Below, in pieces: positions 13,575 through 26,560 of a DNA stretch of 64,000 nt; the first letter of the stretch is position 1; each line of letters starts with the position of its first letter. The notes beneath the pieces are model-generated. The model did no database searches. It saw only the letters and a list, made by a program, of their open reading frames with translations, and was not told the origin of the DNA. The stretch comes from Malacoraja senta (Eukaryota), in contig CM075990.1 in NCBI GenBank assembly GCA_038087875.1, positions 4,838,001 to 4,902,000 on the forward strand. Reading direction: 5' to 3'. Both the position numbers and the translations under genes were made by a program.

Positions 13575-13967
13575 CAAAGATCCTATAGCAAGCAAGATAG
13601 ACCACTCCTTCTAAATGCAATGGGCTGACGTGTAGTACGCAACGGAGCGGACGTGGGCCTTTTTTTCATCCATTTCAGTAACCCGACCCGACCCGACCCG
13701 CAGTGTAATCAACGTTGCGGGGGAACAGTTTGTGTTAATAAATTATAATTCTGAAAATGAGGAGAAGATTTTTCTCAAATAACTTTTATTTTTACGAAGA
13801 TGTTTCCGTAACCGGCTTCCGTCTCCGCACTAGTATCCTATGGGATCTTTGGTGCGGAGGCGGAAGCCGGTTACGGAAATGGGGCCGAAAATTACCCATG
13901 AATCTGCCCATGACCGTACTACGTCTTTTTCGTCGAGTGATCTATCTTGCTTGCTATAAGATCTTTG
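13575..13967. mobile_element. MITE with 33-bp TIRs and 8-bp TSD (P-element-like or hAT)
   Basis: TIR CAAAGATCCTATAGCAAGCAAGATAGACCACTC (2 mismatches between ends); TSD CTTCAGAC at 13567-13574 and 13968-13975; internal (ACCCG)n. Confidence 0.85.
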
Positions 13968-13975
13968 CTTCAGAC

Positions 13976-14370
13976 TGAAAGTAGGGAATGGGAGTGGGAG
14001 GGAAGAGCTGGAGGCAAGGAAAGATCAAGACAAATCAGGGCCACAACAAATGACCTCAGGCAGGTCGGTGCCCTGGTAGACCCATTGTTGGCTAGGGAAG
14101 GTGTGATCTCAAGAGGGATACAATGTGGTGAACTGTGGAACTGGTTGACGACTAGCATGGAGGAAGGGGGCAAGGGGGGAGGGGAGGAGCGTGTTAGTAG
14201 AAGTTATTTAAAATGAGAGAATTCCACATTCATACCGCAGGGTTGTAAGTTACGCAAGTGAAATAGGAGGTGCTAATTTTCCAATTTGCTTGTGACCTCA
14301 TTCTGGCAATGGAAAAGGCTCAGGAACGAAAGGTCAATGTGAGAATGGGAAGGGGAATTGAAATGGTTAG
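13976..14370 (-). mobile_element. Inverted Penelope 3' segment upstream of the + strand copy
   Basis: Reverse complement resembles the GIY-YIG end and pyrimidine-rich tail; continues to ~13440 on the other side of the MITE. Confidence 0.6.
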
Positions 14371-16375
14371 GTTATCAAACCCGCCGACAAGGGAGGTGCC
14401 GTGGTAGTCTGGCGCGTCGATCTCTACAAAGTTGAGGCCACGCGCCAACTCTCGGACACCTCCTCCTACATACCCCTGGACCATGACCCCACTGACGAGC
14501 ACCAGGCCACCATCTCCAGCACCATCACCGACTTCATCCACTCCCACGCCCTGCCCGAACGAGCCTCCAACCTCATCGTTCCCCAGCCCCGCACGGCCCG
14601 ATTTTACCTTCTCCCCAAAATCCACAAACCTGACTGTCCCGGTAGACCCATTGTCTCTGCCTGTTCGTGCCCCACCGAACTCATCTCCGCCTACCTCGAC
14701 TCCATCCTATCCCCCTTGGTTAAATCCCTCCCTACCTATGTTCAAGACACCTCAGACACTCTCCGTCGTCTGCGCACATTCCACTCTCTAGGCCCTCACC
14801 CCCTCATCTTCACCATGGACGTCCAGTCATTGTACACCTCCATCCCCCACCAGGATGGTCTCGAAGCCCTCCGGTTTTTCCTCGACCGAAGAAGCAACCT
14901 ATACCCGGCCACTGACACCCTCCTCCGCCTAGCGGAGCTGGTCTTTACCCTCAATAACTTCTCATTTGACTCCTCCCATTTCCTCCAAATACAAGGCGTA
15001 GCTATGGGCACACGCATGGGCCCCAGCTACGCCTGCCTCTTTGTCGGGTACGTAGAACAATCCTTGTTCAATACGTACCAGGGCCCCATCCCCGACCTCT
15101 AACTCCGCTACATCGATGACTGTTTTGGTGCCACCTCCTGCACCCACACACAACTGACTGACTTCATCCGCTTCACCACCAACTTCCATCCGGCACTCAA
15201 ATACACCTGGACCATTTTCGACACTTCCCTACCATTTCTTGACCTCACTATCTCCATCGCAGGTGATAGACTTAATACCGACATCCACTACAAACCTACC
15301 GACTCCCATGGCTATCTGGACTACACTTCTTCCCACCCTGCTTCCTGTAAGGACTCCATCCCCCACTCTCAATTCCTCCGTCTACGCCGCATCTGCTCCC
15401 AGGATGAGGCGTTCCACACCAGGGCATCCGAAATGTCCTCATTCTTCAGGGAACGGGGGTTCCCCTCCTCCACCATAGATGAGGCTCGCACCAGGGTCTC
15501 TGCCATACCCCGCAACACTGCTCTCTCTCCCCAACCCCCCACTCACAACAAGGGCAGAGTCCCCCTAGTCCTCACCTTTCATCCCACCAGCCGTCACATA
15601 CAACAAGTGATCCTCCGTCAGTTTCGCCACCTCCAACGTGACCCCACCACTCGCCATATCTTCCCATCTCCCCCCATGTCTGCCTTCCGCAAAGACCGCT
15701 CCCTCCGTAACTCCCTTGTCAATTCTTCCCTTCCCTCCCGTACCATCCCCGGGTACTTTCCCTTGCAACCGCAAGAGATGCAACACTTGTCCCTTCACCT
15801 CCCCCCTCGATTCCATTCAAGGACCCAAGCAGTCATTCCAGGTGCGACAGAGGTTCACCTGCATCTCCTCCAACCTCATCTATTGCATCTGCTGCTCTAG
15901 ATGTCAGCTGATCTACATCGTTGAAACCAAGCGGAGGCTTGGCGATCGTTTCGCCGAACACCTCCGGTCGGTCCGCAATAACCTACCTGACCTCCCGGTG
16001 GCTCAGCACTTCAACTCCCCCTCCCATTCCGTATCTGACCTTTCTGTCCTGGGTCTCCTCCATCGCAACACCGGAAATTGGAGGAAATGCACCTCATATT
16101 CCGCTTGGGCAGTCTACATCCTGGGGGCATGAACATTGAATTCTCCCAACTCTGCTAGCCCTTGCTGTCCCCTCCCCTTCATCAGCCCTCTGGTTGTCTC
16201 CTCCCATCCCCCAGCCCTCGGGCTCCTCCTCCTCCTCTGCCTTTTTTCCTTTTTTCCTTTCTTCTCCCCACCCCCTATCAGTCTGAAGAAGGGTTTCGGC
16301 CCGAAATGTTGCCTATTTCCTTCAATCCATAGATGCTGCTGCACCCGCTGAGTTTCTCCAGCATTTTTGTGTACC
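14371..16375 (+). mobile_element. Penelope-like retroelement (RT + GIY-YIG), 5'-truncated and disabled
   Basis: LPKIHK, GRPIVS, TMDVQSLYTSI, GVAMGTRMGP, RYIDD; premature TAA at 15100-15102 (TAC in the 63.6 kb copy); frameshift near 15750; NLIYCICCSRCQLIYIVETKR; hammerhead-like tail at ~16281. Confidence 0.92.
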
Positions 16376-19159
16376 TTTGAAATGGTTGGCAACTGGGAGA
16401 TGGCGAAGGGCAGCTGTTCTTTGCAAACTGCAGGGCTCTGCACACATGAAACCACAGGGATCGACACGCGTGGTTTTAATTTTGACAACATTCCTTTTCT
16501 GCACCAACTGCTCTGAAAGCATTGGTTGATTGGCAACACTCTTTGCCAACTTTCTCAGCATAGTAACCGGAAAATCTTTTTGAAAAATAGAGATGTTTTA
16601 CGTGAAGTTTCATGTTTGTGAGTTGGGACGTCGCTCACTGAGATACTGTGCAGTCCGTGAACAAAGATCTTCATCTTGCAGTTTCGGCCAAATTCAAAGT
16701 GCGATTCCTTTATGTTGGTTTGGTTTCCAGTCACTGGATCCCCATGTTGATGGGACAAATTCCAGACACCATTCTGGCAGAATTGTTATAACCAGAAGCT
16801 GAGTCTAACTAGAGAGCGGTCTTGAGCTACTATCTACCTCATTAAAGACCCTCAGACTATCTTTAATCGGACTTTACGATACGATAGAACTTCATTTATC
16901 CCAGGAGGAAAATCGATCTGCCAACAGTCATAAAAGCACAAAATACATGAAACATGAAATTAAAGTGACGAGTGGAAAGGATTGGGGATGTGCAAAGATT
17001 GGTGGGGGGGGGGGCTCAGTCTCAGTCTACCCCACGACAGAAGGGGGAGGAGTTGTACAGTTTGATAGTCACAGGGAAGAAGGATCTCCTGTGGCGTTCT
17101 GTCCTGCATCTTGGTGGAACCAGTCTGTTGCTGAAGGTGCTCCTCAGGTTGACCAGTGTGTCATGGACTTTACCTTGCACTAAACGTTATTCACTTCATC
17201 ATGGTGGTCGGCTCGATTGTATATATGTATTGTCTTTCTGCTGACTGGTTAGCACACAACAGAGCTTTTCACTGTACATGGTACAGTTTGTACACGTGAT
17301 AATAAACTAAACTCAACTAAACCAGATGTTTAAGAAGGAACTGCAGATGCTGGAAAAATCAAAGGTAGACAAAAATGCTGGAGAAACTCAGCGGGTGAGG
17401 CAGCATCTATGGAGCGAAGGAACAGGTGACATTTCGAGTCTCGACCCTTCTTCAGACTCCAGGGTCTCGTCACCTATTCCTTCGCTCCATAGATGCTGCC
17501 TCACCCACTGAGTTTCTCCAGCATTTTTATCTACCTTCAACTAAACCAGTTGCTGGGACACAGAAACACACACAAGATGAAAGTTTTCATTCTTGTTCAG
17601 CATATTCCCTGACCGGGTAATCTAAATTCTCTTTGCAGCCGGTGAAGCATTTTGCCTACACTCGTCGCTGTCCTGTAGAGCTAATTGGTACACAACAAGA
17701 TCTCATGAGAAAAATCAAAACAATTGACTCAATAAGGTTTGTGGGAGCGGGGTTTTGGGATGTTGGTTGACAGATGATGTTGACTAAGCCAAGAGGGAAG
17801 ACATTCTTCCTCATTAAAGACTCCTCATCTTTGCGAAATCCTGTGTGATGTACTCTATCCAGCCAAGAAAAAAGGCATTGGTTAGACATCAGCTTTATCT
17901 GAAAGATACTCCCAACTGACAGTTAACATTTAAGAATCCACGGTGGGTATTGCCTAACTTGCATGTGATGGTGTTGGGTCAAAGCTGATCGCTGTAATGT
18001 TTAAGGTTAGGTTTATTATTGTCATGAGTGTCGAGGTACTCAAAGCTTGCTTTGCATGCTGTCCAATCATCATGTCACCCATCCTTTTTGTTCAGAGATG
18101 CTGCCTGACCTGCTGAGTTACTCTAGCACTTTGTGTCTATCTTATACATAAGTACAATCAGGTTAAAGCTTGGAAACAGGCCCTTTGGCCCAACAAGTCC
18201 ATAACGACCAGCGTAATGTCCCAGATAATGTCCCAGATAGGACAATGAAATTCTTGAAGCAAAGCAAGAATTTCATTGTCCTATCTGGGACACATGACAA
18301 TAAACTATCTTAAATCTTGAATCTTGAATCTTGATCCCCGCACATTAACACTATTCTACATGCACAAGGGACAAATTTACATTCATACCAATTAACCTAC
18401 AAACCTGTACGTCTTTGGAGTGTGGGAGGAATACAAAGATCTCGGAGAAAACTGACAGGCCACGGGGAGAACGTACAAACTACGTACAGACAAGCACCCA
18501 TAGTCAGGATCGAACCCGGGTCTCTGGCGCTGTAAGGCAGCCACTCAACCGCTACGCCACCATGCCGCCCAACTGGCTGAGAAATGGAGGACTACGGTCA
18601 CATAAGTAAAATGAATATATATTAGGAGCTGCAGACACGACGTCATCCACACAAAAACCTCTCATGAGATGGCCCTTTATTGCACAATGCATTGCTCCAA
18701 CTTGTGCTCTCCTACTTTTCTCAAATATTCTCATTTTTCTGCGCCGCAAGTTTGATTTTAATGGGTCAATAAAATGGAAGTAACTTATAGCACAAAGTAC
18801 AGTCATCTCATGAAGAAGCAGACCAGAGCTCTGCCCAGCAGTCCCAATAGCACAATGAATGATTTTCTCTCCCGCCCTTAGGGCTATTGTAACACAGTGA
18901 TTACATCAGCTGACTAGTATTCAGATTCATGAACGCACAGCAGTTGGAAAATTAAATACCTTTCCATACAGCCAGGAAGTTACTGCACCATTGTAAAAAA
19001 CATTCTCATTTACTGATTTTTTTAAAGAGATACAGCAGGGAAACAGCAGGGTATTTTGACCCACCCAGTCCACACCAACCCTTGATGATCAACCGTTCAC
19101 ACTAGTTCTTTGTTGTCCCACTATTTTATCCGTGGACGCATTGGTGATCATTTTCCAAT

Positions 19160-19640
19160 CTATCTATATTCTATTCTTCTATCTATATTCTATTATATTC
19201 TATTCCATCTATATTCTATATTACATAACTAAAACTCTGATCTTGTTATCTTCCAGTTTGATGGTCTTTCTATTTGTGCAAAAACGGTTAGCGATAGCGG
19301 TACGATTTTTCACCAGTTCGCTCACCGTTCTCCTGTGCTGCGATTGCACCAAGTTTTGTTCCGATCGGTTGAATGTCGTAAAAGTTGGCGAGGTTTAAAA
19401 ATCTTTAAAAACGCGCGTGCGCAGATCGATCTCTTCTCCTGCCAGTCAGCGCCGCGCGGATTAGACTCTTCCCCTGTCACTCCCCGGGACGATCCGCCCC
19501 TTCCTACGCCATCGCGTCTTTACTGGAGCTGAGGATATCTGGCGGAGGTTTCCAACCCGACTTTCGGAGGGCCCCGAAGCAGCCCAGCCCCACCACAAGC
19601 AGCCCAGCCCAGCCCAGCCCCGAGCAGCCTAACTGTTGCT
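19160..19640 (+). mobile_element. Possible non-autonomous Helitron-like 5' fragment
   Basis: TCTAT-rich start followed by ACTAAAACTCTGATCTTG and a CpG-rich interior; no 3' CTAG/hairpin end recognised. Confidence 0.3.
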
Positions 19641-22600
19641 CTCCTCAAATGATCACCTTTTGTATTAACCCAGATCCCAAGGACAGTGCAGTTACAAAAC
19701 AGGCCCTTCGGCCCACCAAGTCCATGCCGACCATCGATCACCCGTTCACGTGAGTTCTATCTTATCCCATTTTCTCATCCACTCGCTACACAGGAGAGGC
19801 AATTTGCAGAAGCCAATTAACTTACAAACCTCTTTGGGATATGAAAGGAAACTGGAGCACCCGGAGGAAATCAACGCGATTATAGGGAGAATGTACAAAT
19901 TCCACACAGACAGCACCGAGGTTAGGATCGAACCCAGGTCTCTGGCGCTGTGATTCCCCAAGACCTGATGGCTGGATGAAGGACCCGGCAGGCCGCGCCT
20001 GCAAGGGGGGGGGAGCCTGGAAGCCGCCGAGGAGGAGGGAGCCGCTGGCAACGACTGTGTGAGGAGTGGGCCAGTGGAAGAGGGACTGGGGTGTTGCCTC
20101 CAGGTCCTTCAAGGTTGCAGGCGGTGCCCCGGGACAGAGGCGGTCAGGTGGGCGAGGAAAGGAGAGGGGAGGGACGTCGGTTGGTGGGCTGAGCCGGTCG
20201 AGGGCGACGGAGGAGGCCCTGTAGCAGCTTTGGGAACCACTCCAGTACATCAATCGCGTGGACTTTTTGTAAATAGCACCAAAATTTGGCGATTCGTGTA
20301 TGTGTGAGCTACGCAAAAGTATTTCACTGTGTAGTGTAGACGTGACAGCAAAGCACCATTGCACCACTGCAGCGACTCTACCGGCTGCTGTGATGCCCTT
20401 ATTGCCGGATGTAGTAAAATCCTGAAGATTAATCTTGGATTCATGTCATGTGCTGGAGAACTGGGGCACTGTGGCTCACCTCGTTATAGAGTAAGTAATG
20501 TTTCCCTTCCTACTCTGGAAAATATATGTTGCTAATGCTGTTCTATTAGAACATTGTTCCAGGTTGGATGAATCTGACTGGTGGCTCTGTTCCCCAGACC
20601 TGGTTCGGGTTTCATTAAGGTGAGGACTGAGTCCATGAGTTGATGTAGGGAAGATAACTCCACTAGTGGGTGAGACCAGACGTGCAGGTTTGTAGCTTAT
20701 TTAGCTTCTGTAAATTGTCCCTAGTGAGTAGGATAGAACCAGTGCATGGGGTGATCGCTGGTCAGCGCGGACTCTGTGGGCTGAAAAGTCCAGTTTCCAC
20801 GCTGTATCTCTAAACAAAACTAAACTAAGTTGAAGATGGTTGGAAAAAGGTTCTTGTGGAGCACAAATCATGTCTGGAATCTGTTGGGTCAACTATAGTG
20901 CTTTTGTGTTAAAACTTTAGAATAATTGTTCATCTGCATAACATTCTAATTTTTCTTCAGGAACTAGAAGTAAAAAGTCACCTGCTGAAACATCCACATG
21001 AAGAACCTTAACCATTGTCCCCAGGGTCGTACCAATAGAGATTGTGGACACAAGGAACTGCAGATGCTGGCTTACAAAACACAAAGTCCTGGAGTAACTC
21101 AGCGGGTCCAGGCAGCTTTTCTGGAGAACATGGACATGCAACGTTTTGGGTTGGGACCCTTCTTTGGTCTTGGAGCAGCAGAGGGGTAGCAGTGAGGGAG
21201 GGTCTCACAGAACTATTGAAGAGAGGGGAACTTCTTCAAAGTAGACATACCTCGAGGAGACTTCGCAATGGAGCCACACAATGTGGATACAAGGAATGGC
21301 AGATGCTGGTTGACCAAAAAATGACACAAAGTGCTGGAGTAGCTCAGTGAGTCAGGCAGCACTTCTGGGGAACATCAGACTGAAGAAGGGTTCTGACCTG
21401 AAACATCACCTATCCATGTTCTCCAGATATGCTGCCTGACCCGCTGAGTTACTCCAGCACTTTGCGTCTTTTTTTTCACCGTAGAGATTGCTGTGGGCGC
21501 CTGCAATTCATTTTACAATTATCTTCAAGAAATTCTAGACTTAAGAACGGTTACAAAAGACAGGACAAAGCAAACCAGGTAAGTCTTGGGTCACTTTATG
21601 GCAGAATCTTGGAGGCTCCTGTTAATATAGTAATTCCAGTGAAAGTTCAGCAGGTATGTGGAGCAGAACAGAACATCCACTGACAACGACAAACAATTGT
21701 AATTTATAAAAGGCGTATTGTTGAGTATGCTTGCGAGTATTTCTCCAGACATTTTCTTGCTGTAGTATTGTGTTGATGTAATATTTTTAATGATATTTTC
21801 TGTTATTGATGTGGCATTTTTTGTGGAATTGTTACATTTTCGCTTTGATGTAGAATTTTGCACCATGAAGATATGCAGGATGCTGTTCAAACCAAACCTA
21901 GGAAGACAAAGAGAGTTAAACAGAGATTGGTTTCCCAATTTACTCCCTTCTTAATTTCCAAGTGCTGTTGTAACCATTACCCAGCCAACACCGCGTAAAC
22001 GTGGAATGGCACTTCAGGGGCCATTTAACCATGAACTAATGAATGAGCAACAATACGACTGAGTGTGAGTGAAGGTTTGGGCTCAATCGAGGCCAGATGT
22101 CCCAGTCTGATCATCCCCTTACCTCAGTCACACAGAGCTGCACACACATAACCTGCGCTCAAGCACACACAAACCTTGTACATAACATCGTGCTCATCCT
22201 GCATTCCTCCCTCTGGCTTCACAATATTTCTGTCTCAAACCTTCTGCTTTAATCTCTGGCCTTTGTCCCAACCATGTGCCTATCAAAAATCAATTTAGCC
22301 TGTGTCCACCTATTACATGCCACGCTTTGTCTTGCCTCTCCTCTATCCAAGATTTCTTCCCCTCCTACAATTAGTCTAAAAAAAGGCCCCGACCCAAAAC
22401 ACCACCTAGTCTGAAGAAGGGTTTCGGTCCGAAACATTGCCTATTTCCTTCGCTCCATAGATGCTGCTGCACCCGCTGAGTTTCTCCAGCATTTTTGTCT
22501 ACCTTCGATTTTCCAGCATCTGCAGTTCCTTCTTAAACACCTATTTACATCAACCAGCTTGCAACTTAAAACACAATCGCCTTCGCATTCATCCAGTTTG

Positions 22601-23649
22601 GTTGAAGAGTCATTGACCGGAAACATCTACTCTGTTTCTCTCCCCATAGATGCTGTCTGATCTGCTGAATGTTTGAAGTACATTCTGATTTTGGTTTCGG
22701 AACTCCCTCATCTGCGATTTGTTTAGCTCCAACTTCTAGCCTGAAATGGGCACCCAGTGCAAACTGCCCCACTTCAGTGAGGGCAAGGTATACAGTAACA
22801 AAGGAAAGGGAACCGACCCATAAATTCACGCTCCGCTTTCGAAAATGTCAATGGTTGGAGATCCCGACGGCAGAGAAATGGTTGAAGTCTCCATCAAACT
22901 GAGTAGGTCGGACACTTCAGCCTCCAAGTGGCTCACTGTTTGGTCTATGCTCTGAGGGAAGAGTGGAAATTAATGTTAATTTAGTCACAACTCAGACGCC
23001 ATGGCAGTAAAACTAAGTGCTTTCTTTCATACAGTGCTTTTTATTTGTGCATCTCTGAGGTATTCAATGTTGACAATGTGACCTGATAATGGTGGTTGTG
23101 GGTGTGAGAGGGTGGAGATCAGTCTCAATCTTGTTCAGGACATTCGTTATCTGATATTTATCTGGTGCACATGTTATGCTCCAGTTATCAGTCCATGCTT
23201 TCATGTGATCTACGTCTACAGCAGTAAGTGGGCTGTTACGTGAGCAGTTACGAATGGAATTGAACTTCAGTGAACTTTCCCATTTCGATCTCAGGGAACG
23301 AGCTGATGGTTGCAAGTTTGGAACAAGGCAGAGGGTGAACTTCAGAAGGAGCTTCAGATTAGTTTATTTTATTTTAGTTTAGTTAGGTTTTGTTTAGTTA
23401 GATACCAAGATACCATGAAAAGCTTTTGTTTGGGTGCTATCCACTCAAAGAAAAAACTGTACATGATTACAGTCAAGCTGTCCATAGTGCATAGATAAGG
23501 GATAAAGGGTACAATGTTTAGTGCAAGATAAAGTCCGATAAGTCAGACTAAAGGTCTGCAAAGAGGTAGATCGAAGTTCAGCTCTCTAGTTGACGAGAGG
23601 TCGGGTCAGCCACCTGATAACAGCTGGGAAGAAAAGATTTCCCAGGGAG

Positions 23650-24292
23650 AGTTTACCAGGGAGTACAAATACCTTGGAGTGTACCGGGACAGTAAACTGG
23701 AATGCTCCAGGAACGCTGAGGCCCTCTACAAGAAGGGACAGAGCCAGCTGTACTTTTTGAGAAGGCTCCGCTCCTTCAACATCTGCAGTAAGATGCTGCA
23801 GATGTTCCACCAATCGGTGGGAGCCAGTGCCATCTTCTTCGCTGCCATGTGCTGGGGCAGCAGGGTGAAGGCCGCGGACGCCAACAGAATAGGCTGGCTC
23901 CGTCCTGGGGGCGGAGTTGGAGTTGGATTCATGGGAGGTGGTCTTGGAGGGGAGGATGCTCCTCAAACTGCGGAGCATCCTGGCCAATACAGCTCACCCC
24001 CTCCATGACGACACACTGGTCAACCTGAGGAGCACCTTCAGCAACTGACTGGTTCCACCAAGATGCAGCACAGAACGCCACAGGAGATCCTTCTTCCCTG
24101 TGGCTATCAAACTGTACAACTCCTCCCCCTTCTGTTGTGGGGTAGACTGAGACTGAGACTGACTCCCCCCCCCCCCCTCCCCAACCTATGTACATCCCCA
24201 ATCCTTTCCACTCGTCACCTTAATTTCATGTATTTTGTGTTTTGGGTTTTTTATGACTGTTGGCAGATCAATTTCCCTCCTGGGATAAATAA
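23650..24292 (+). mobile_element. Rex1/Babar-like LINE 3' fragment
   Basis: EYKYLGV..., KKGQSQLYFLRRLRSFNICSKML; an antisense copy of its 3' end occurs at ~16880-17160. Confidence 0.8.
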
Positions 24293-24500
24293 AGGGCCTG
24301 TCCCACTTTCACGACCTAATTGCCCTTGACTCATACTCGCAGCATGGTCGTCACGAAGTCGTAGTTAGGTCGTAGCAGGCCGTGATGCTAGTCGTAGGTA
24401 CTCGTGGCATCAAGTCGGTCGGGGCGTTTTCCTAGCATGATGAAAAATGTCCACGAGTAAAAAAGGTTGTGAATTAGTTCGTGAAAGTGGGACAGGACTT
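24293..24500. mobile_element. PIF/Harbinger-type MITE nested in LINE tail
   Basis: TIR AGGGCCTGTCCCACTTTCACG (2 mismatches at the right end); TAA at 24290-24292 and 24501-24503. Confidence 0.8.
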
Positions 24501-25039
24501 TAAGTTCTATTGTATCGTATCGCATAACAGCTGGGAAGTTAGTGTATCATTGTTGTGTAAGTGCCACAGCACCCCTGTCAACAATGTCACCTCTTTTATT
24601 CCTGTCTCCTCTCCCCACTTTCCTTAGCCCGTACTTCCAGAAATTTGTAGCATTTTTATTTTTGTTCCAGTTCTGTTGGCATGGAGGCCAATGGCATCTT
24701 TCTTTCTGCACTGCAAAACCCCAATTCATCATCCATTCTAGATCACGTTATGCGTAACACAGTTGATAAGCACAAAGGGAATGGACTTGGTTACCGTCTC
24801 AATAATATCCAACCGTGTGTAGAGTGCCTTGTCGTGTTCACACCAGTTTGTGTCGTCTCTCTGTTGCTCCAGCTCTGAAACAAGCAAAGTCAGTGTAATA
24901 GGGAAGCTTTCCATTCAACCTCTCTCTGACCCTCACTCTGCCGCAGACAGTACTAAAAATAAGAGTAGACGGTAACCGTTTCACCGACCACTTGCGCTCA
25001 GTCCGCCAAGGCCTACTGGATGTCCCATACTCTGGCATT

Positions 25040-25745
25040 GTATTTTAACTGCGCCCACCTGACGGTGGAATTTCATGTAGATAGGGTGGTAAAGAAAGCT
25101 TTTGGTGTGCTGGCCTTTATAAATCAGAGCATTGAGTATAGAAGTTGGGATGTAATGTTAATATTGTACAAGGCATTGGTGAGGCCAATTCTGGAGTATG
25201 GTGTACAATTTTGGTCACCAAATTATAGGAAAGATGTCAATAAAATAGAGAGAGTACAGAGGAGATTTACTAGAAAGTTGCCTGGGTTTCAGCACCTAAG
25301 TTACAGAGAAAGGTTGAACAAGATAGGCCTTTATTCTTTGGAGCGCAGAAGGTTAAGGGGGGACTTGATAGAGGTCTTTAAAATGATGAGAGGGATAGAC
25401 AGAGTTGACGTGGATAAGCTTTTTCCATTGAGAGTAGGGAAGATTCAAACAAGAGGACATGATTTGAGAATTAAGGGACAAAAGTTTAGGGGTAAGATGA
25501 GGGGGAACTTCTTTACTCAGAGAGTGGTAGCTGTGTGGAATGAGCTTCCAGTGGAAGTGGTGGAGGCAGGTTTGATTTTATCATTTAAAAATAAATTGGA
25601 TAGGTATATGGACGGGAAAGGAATGGAGGGTTATGGTCTGAGTGCAGGTAGATGGGACTAGGTGAGAGTAAGTGTTCAGCACGGACTAGAAGGGCCGAGA
25701 TGGCCTGTTTCCGTGCTGTAATTGTTATATGGTTATATGGTTATA
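25040..25745 (+). mobile_element. CR1 LINE 3' fragment
   Basis: LYKALVRPILEYGVQFWSP...IERVQRRFT...LERRRLRGDLIE...FFTQRVV; (ggttatat)n tail. Confidence 0.9.
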
Positions 25746-25999
25746 TTGCATTGTCACTCTGAGTCTCAATAAATTCCATCAAGCCGTCAAAATGTGGAAA
25801 TGACTGGCAGACGCTCATATAAATGCAAACCATCAGTCAAGCTGCAAAAGAATGGACACAAAATGCCGGAGTAACTCAGCAGGACAGGCAGCATCTCTGG
25901 AGAGTAGGAATAGGTGATGTTTCAGGTCGAGACCCTTCATCAGACTCAGAGGAGAGAGAAACTAGAGGGATGAAAAGGCCCTTACAAGAACAGAACTTT

Positions 26000-26560
26000 T
26001 TTTTTAAATTCAAAAAATGTATTTAATTATTAAAAAAGAATATTACACTACAATAAAACAAACCAGAACCCACCACCATAATACAATACAAACATATATC
26101 CTTAATAAACGACTATACAACTATGTTACAATCCTTATTGATGATGCATTCAACACCCTGTGGTCCCAGTCCCGGAAATCCCTCAGGGTGCCCTTGGACA
26201 GGGCGTATTCCCTTTCTAACTCCACCCGGGCACGGACGTTACCCAAGAACAGACCATGGCGGGATGGTGTCCCTTATTGCCGATTGTCCGATGTAACTGA
26301 GTGAGGGGGGTAAAGATCAACACAAGGCGGGGGGGAGAATTGCCGCATGGGGGGGGGGGGGTGGTAATAAACAAGTGTGAATTCACCGGCCGGGGAGCCA
26401 CAGGGACCCCGGCCCCACACGCGGTGCACCGGAGACGAGCCCGGTACTCACGCCGTCTTCAGCCGCTCGCTCCACGAGGTGCCAGCAAGCTCTCTGGCAG
26501 AGGTGGGGGGTGGTGGTGCAATAGGAGCTTCGGCCCACCATAACCAAACTGCGCTATATA
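26000..26560 (-). mobile_element. Tx1/L1-clade LINE 3' fragment
   Basis: Minus strand reads LEREYALSKGTLRDFRDW...QGVECII; A-rich tail (T run at ~25997-26005). Confidence 0.6.

Noticed and set aside
19960..20370. GC-rich segment with a 181-aa minus-strand ORF
   Set aside because: No recognisable domain, runs into a SINE; probably a repeat fragment
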